IMG/VR virus record: IMGVR_UViG_3300011116_001229 | Origin: a virus | Taxonomy: Duplodnaviria > Caudoviricetes | Strand: one strand, 5' to 3' | DNA length: 64,000 nucleotides | In this document: piece after piece, positions 63,701 through 64,000 of the stretch | How positions within the stretch are numbered: the stretch's first letter is position 1 | Layout of the letters: the number at the start of each line of letters is the position of its first letter | Translations under genes and position numbers: made by a program | Notes under the pieces: generated by a model | The model's input: only the letters and a program-made list of their open reading frames with translations | The model's database searches: none | Told to the model about the DNA's origin: nothing

Positions 63701-64000
63701 AGCAGTTGAAGAGATCATGGCGAACAGGCCCTACAAGGATCTAGCTACTATGCTCTATGACGACGCAGGTGAGTGGCGACACAGCAAGGTGAACAAGACA
63801 GCTCTGTCAGCTCTTTGCAAGATTGATGCGCTTTCTTCTTTGGAAGATTTTAATCTAGGTAGAGTTAATAATCATAAGCAACTTCTAATGGCTTTGACAG
63901 ATGACAAGAATTACGAGATGCTTCGACGTGGTCTCTACGGCCTGACTGCATCGCAGCTGAAGAAGAAAGCTAAGGCCGGCGAAAAGATCGAAGCTTTCTT
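60776..64000 (+). CDS. dnaE: DNA polymerase III alpha subunit; frame interrupted at 60869-60878; truncated by the window end
   Basis: Frame 0 gives M...FVGFHAHSGFS*. The +1 frame from 60879 gives TFDGLGY...LTDHGN...GVEFY...SACLGG...CDSHY...GRGSGAGSLV...FPDIDTD...HAGGV...KFDFLGL...YQEQFM...FNKSH and is open to 64000. Confidence 0.92.
60866..60879. other. 10-nt stop-containing insert with a 6-bp inverted repeat
   Basis: TCGTAA-AG-TTACGA; deleting TAAAGTTACG restores HAHSGFSTFDG. Confidence 0.75.

Noticed and set aside
1-64000. Stop-codon reassignment
   Set aside because: Genes end in TAA, TGA and TAG at sensible boundaries and are full length in code 11. The single break in dnaE is TAA and needs a frame change, not readthrough.
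1-64000. tRNA genes, CRISPR arrays, DGR or retron elements
   Set aside because: Intergenic gaps are short. No cloverleaf, repeat-spacer periodicity, reverse transcriptase or TR/VR pair was seen by eye; tRNAscan and CRISPR finders were not run.

Overview
This is a 64 kb segment of a large dsDNA tailed phage with a contractile tail, distantly T4-like and probably jumbo-sized. It uses standard code 11 and almost all genes are on the + strand. From left to right: small hypotheticals and an M15 endolysin (0.0-2.8 kb); neck genes (gp13/14/15-like), two tandem ~1000-aa sheath genes, tube, an inserted endonuclease plus a reverse-strand LamG cassette, tail chaperone, a 2230-aa tape measure and baseplate genes (2.8-30.7 kb); a replication block (polymerase-only PolA, HD hydrolase, gp32-like SSB, RecA, dUTPase, actin-like ATPase, 5'-3' exonuclease, DnaB, intein-containing class II RNR, ThyX, Tmk; 30.7-44.7 kb); then accessory and nucleotide-metabolism genes ending in DnaE, which is cut by the right edge. 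Strongest leads: (1) dnaE is broken inside the PHP metal motif by a 10-nt, stop-containing, palindromic insert directly downstream of a free-standing endonuclease, resembling the T4 gene 60 bypass/MobA cassette, although an assembly error is not excluded. (2) A second nucleotide-remodelling cluster (two all-alpha NTP pyrophosphatase domains, HAD nucleotidase, a Ser-to-Cys ThyX paralog, an NDT-family hydrolase, an SDR) suggests an undescribed base modification. (3) A candidate +1 frameshift in the tail chaperone. (4) A family of dispersed genes sharing an N-terminal LRxIIxEE leader and an ATAnTTA promoter-like motif. All family assignments come from motif recognition by eye; no searches were run. 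No tRNA, rRNA or CRISPR array was seen.
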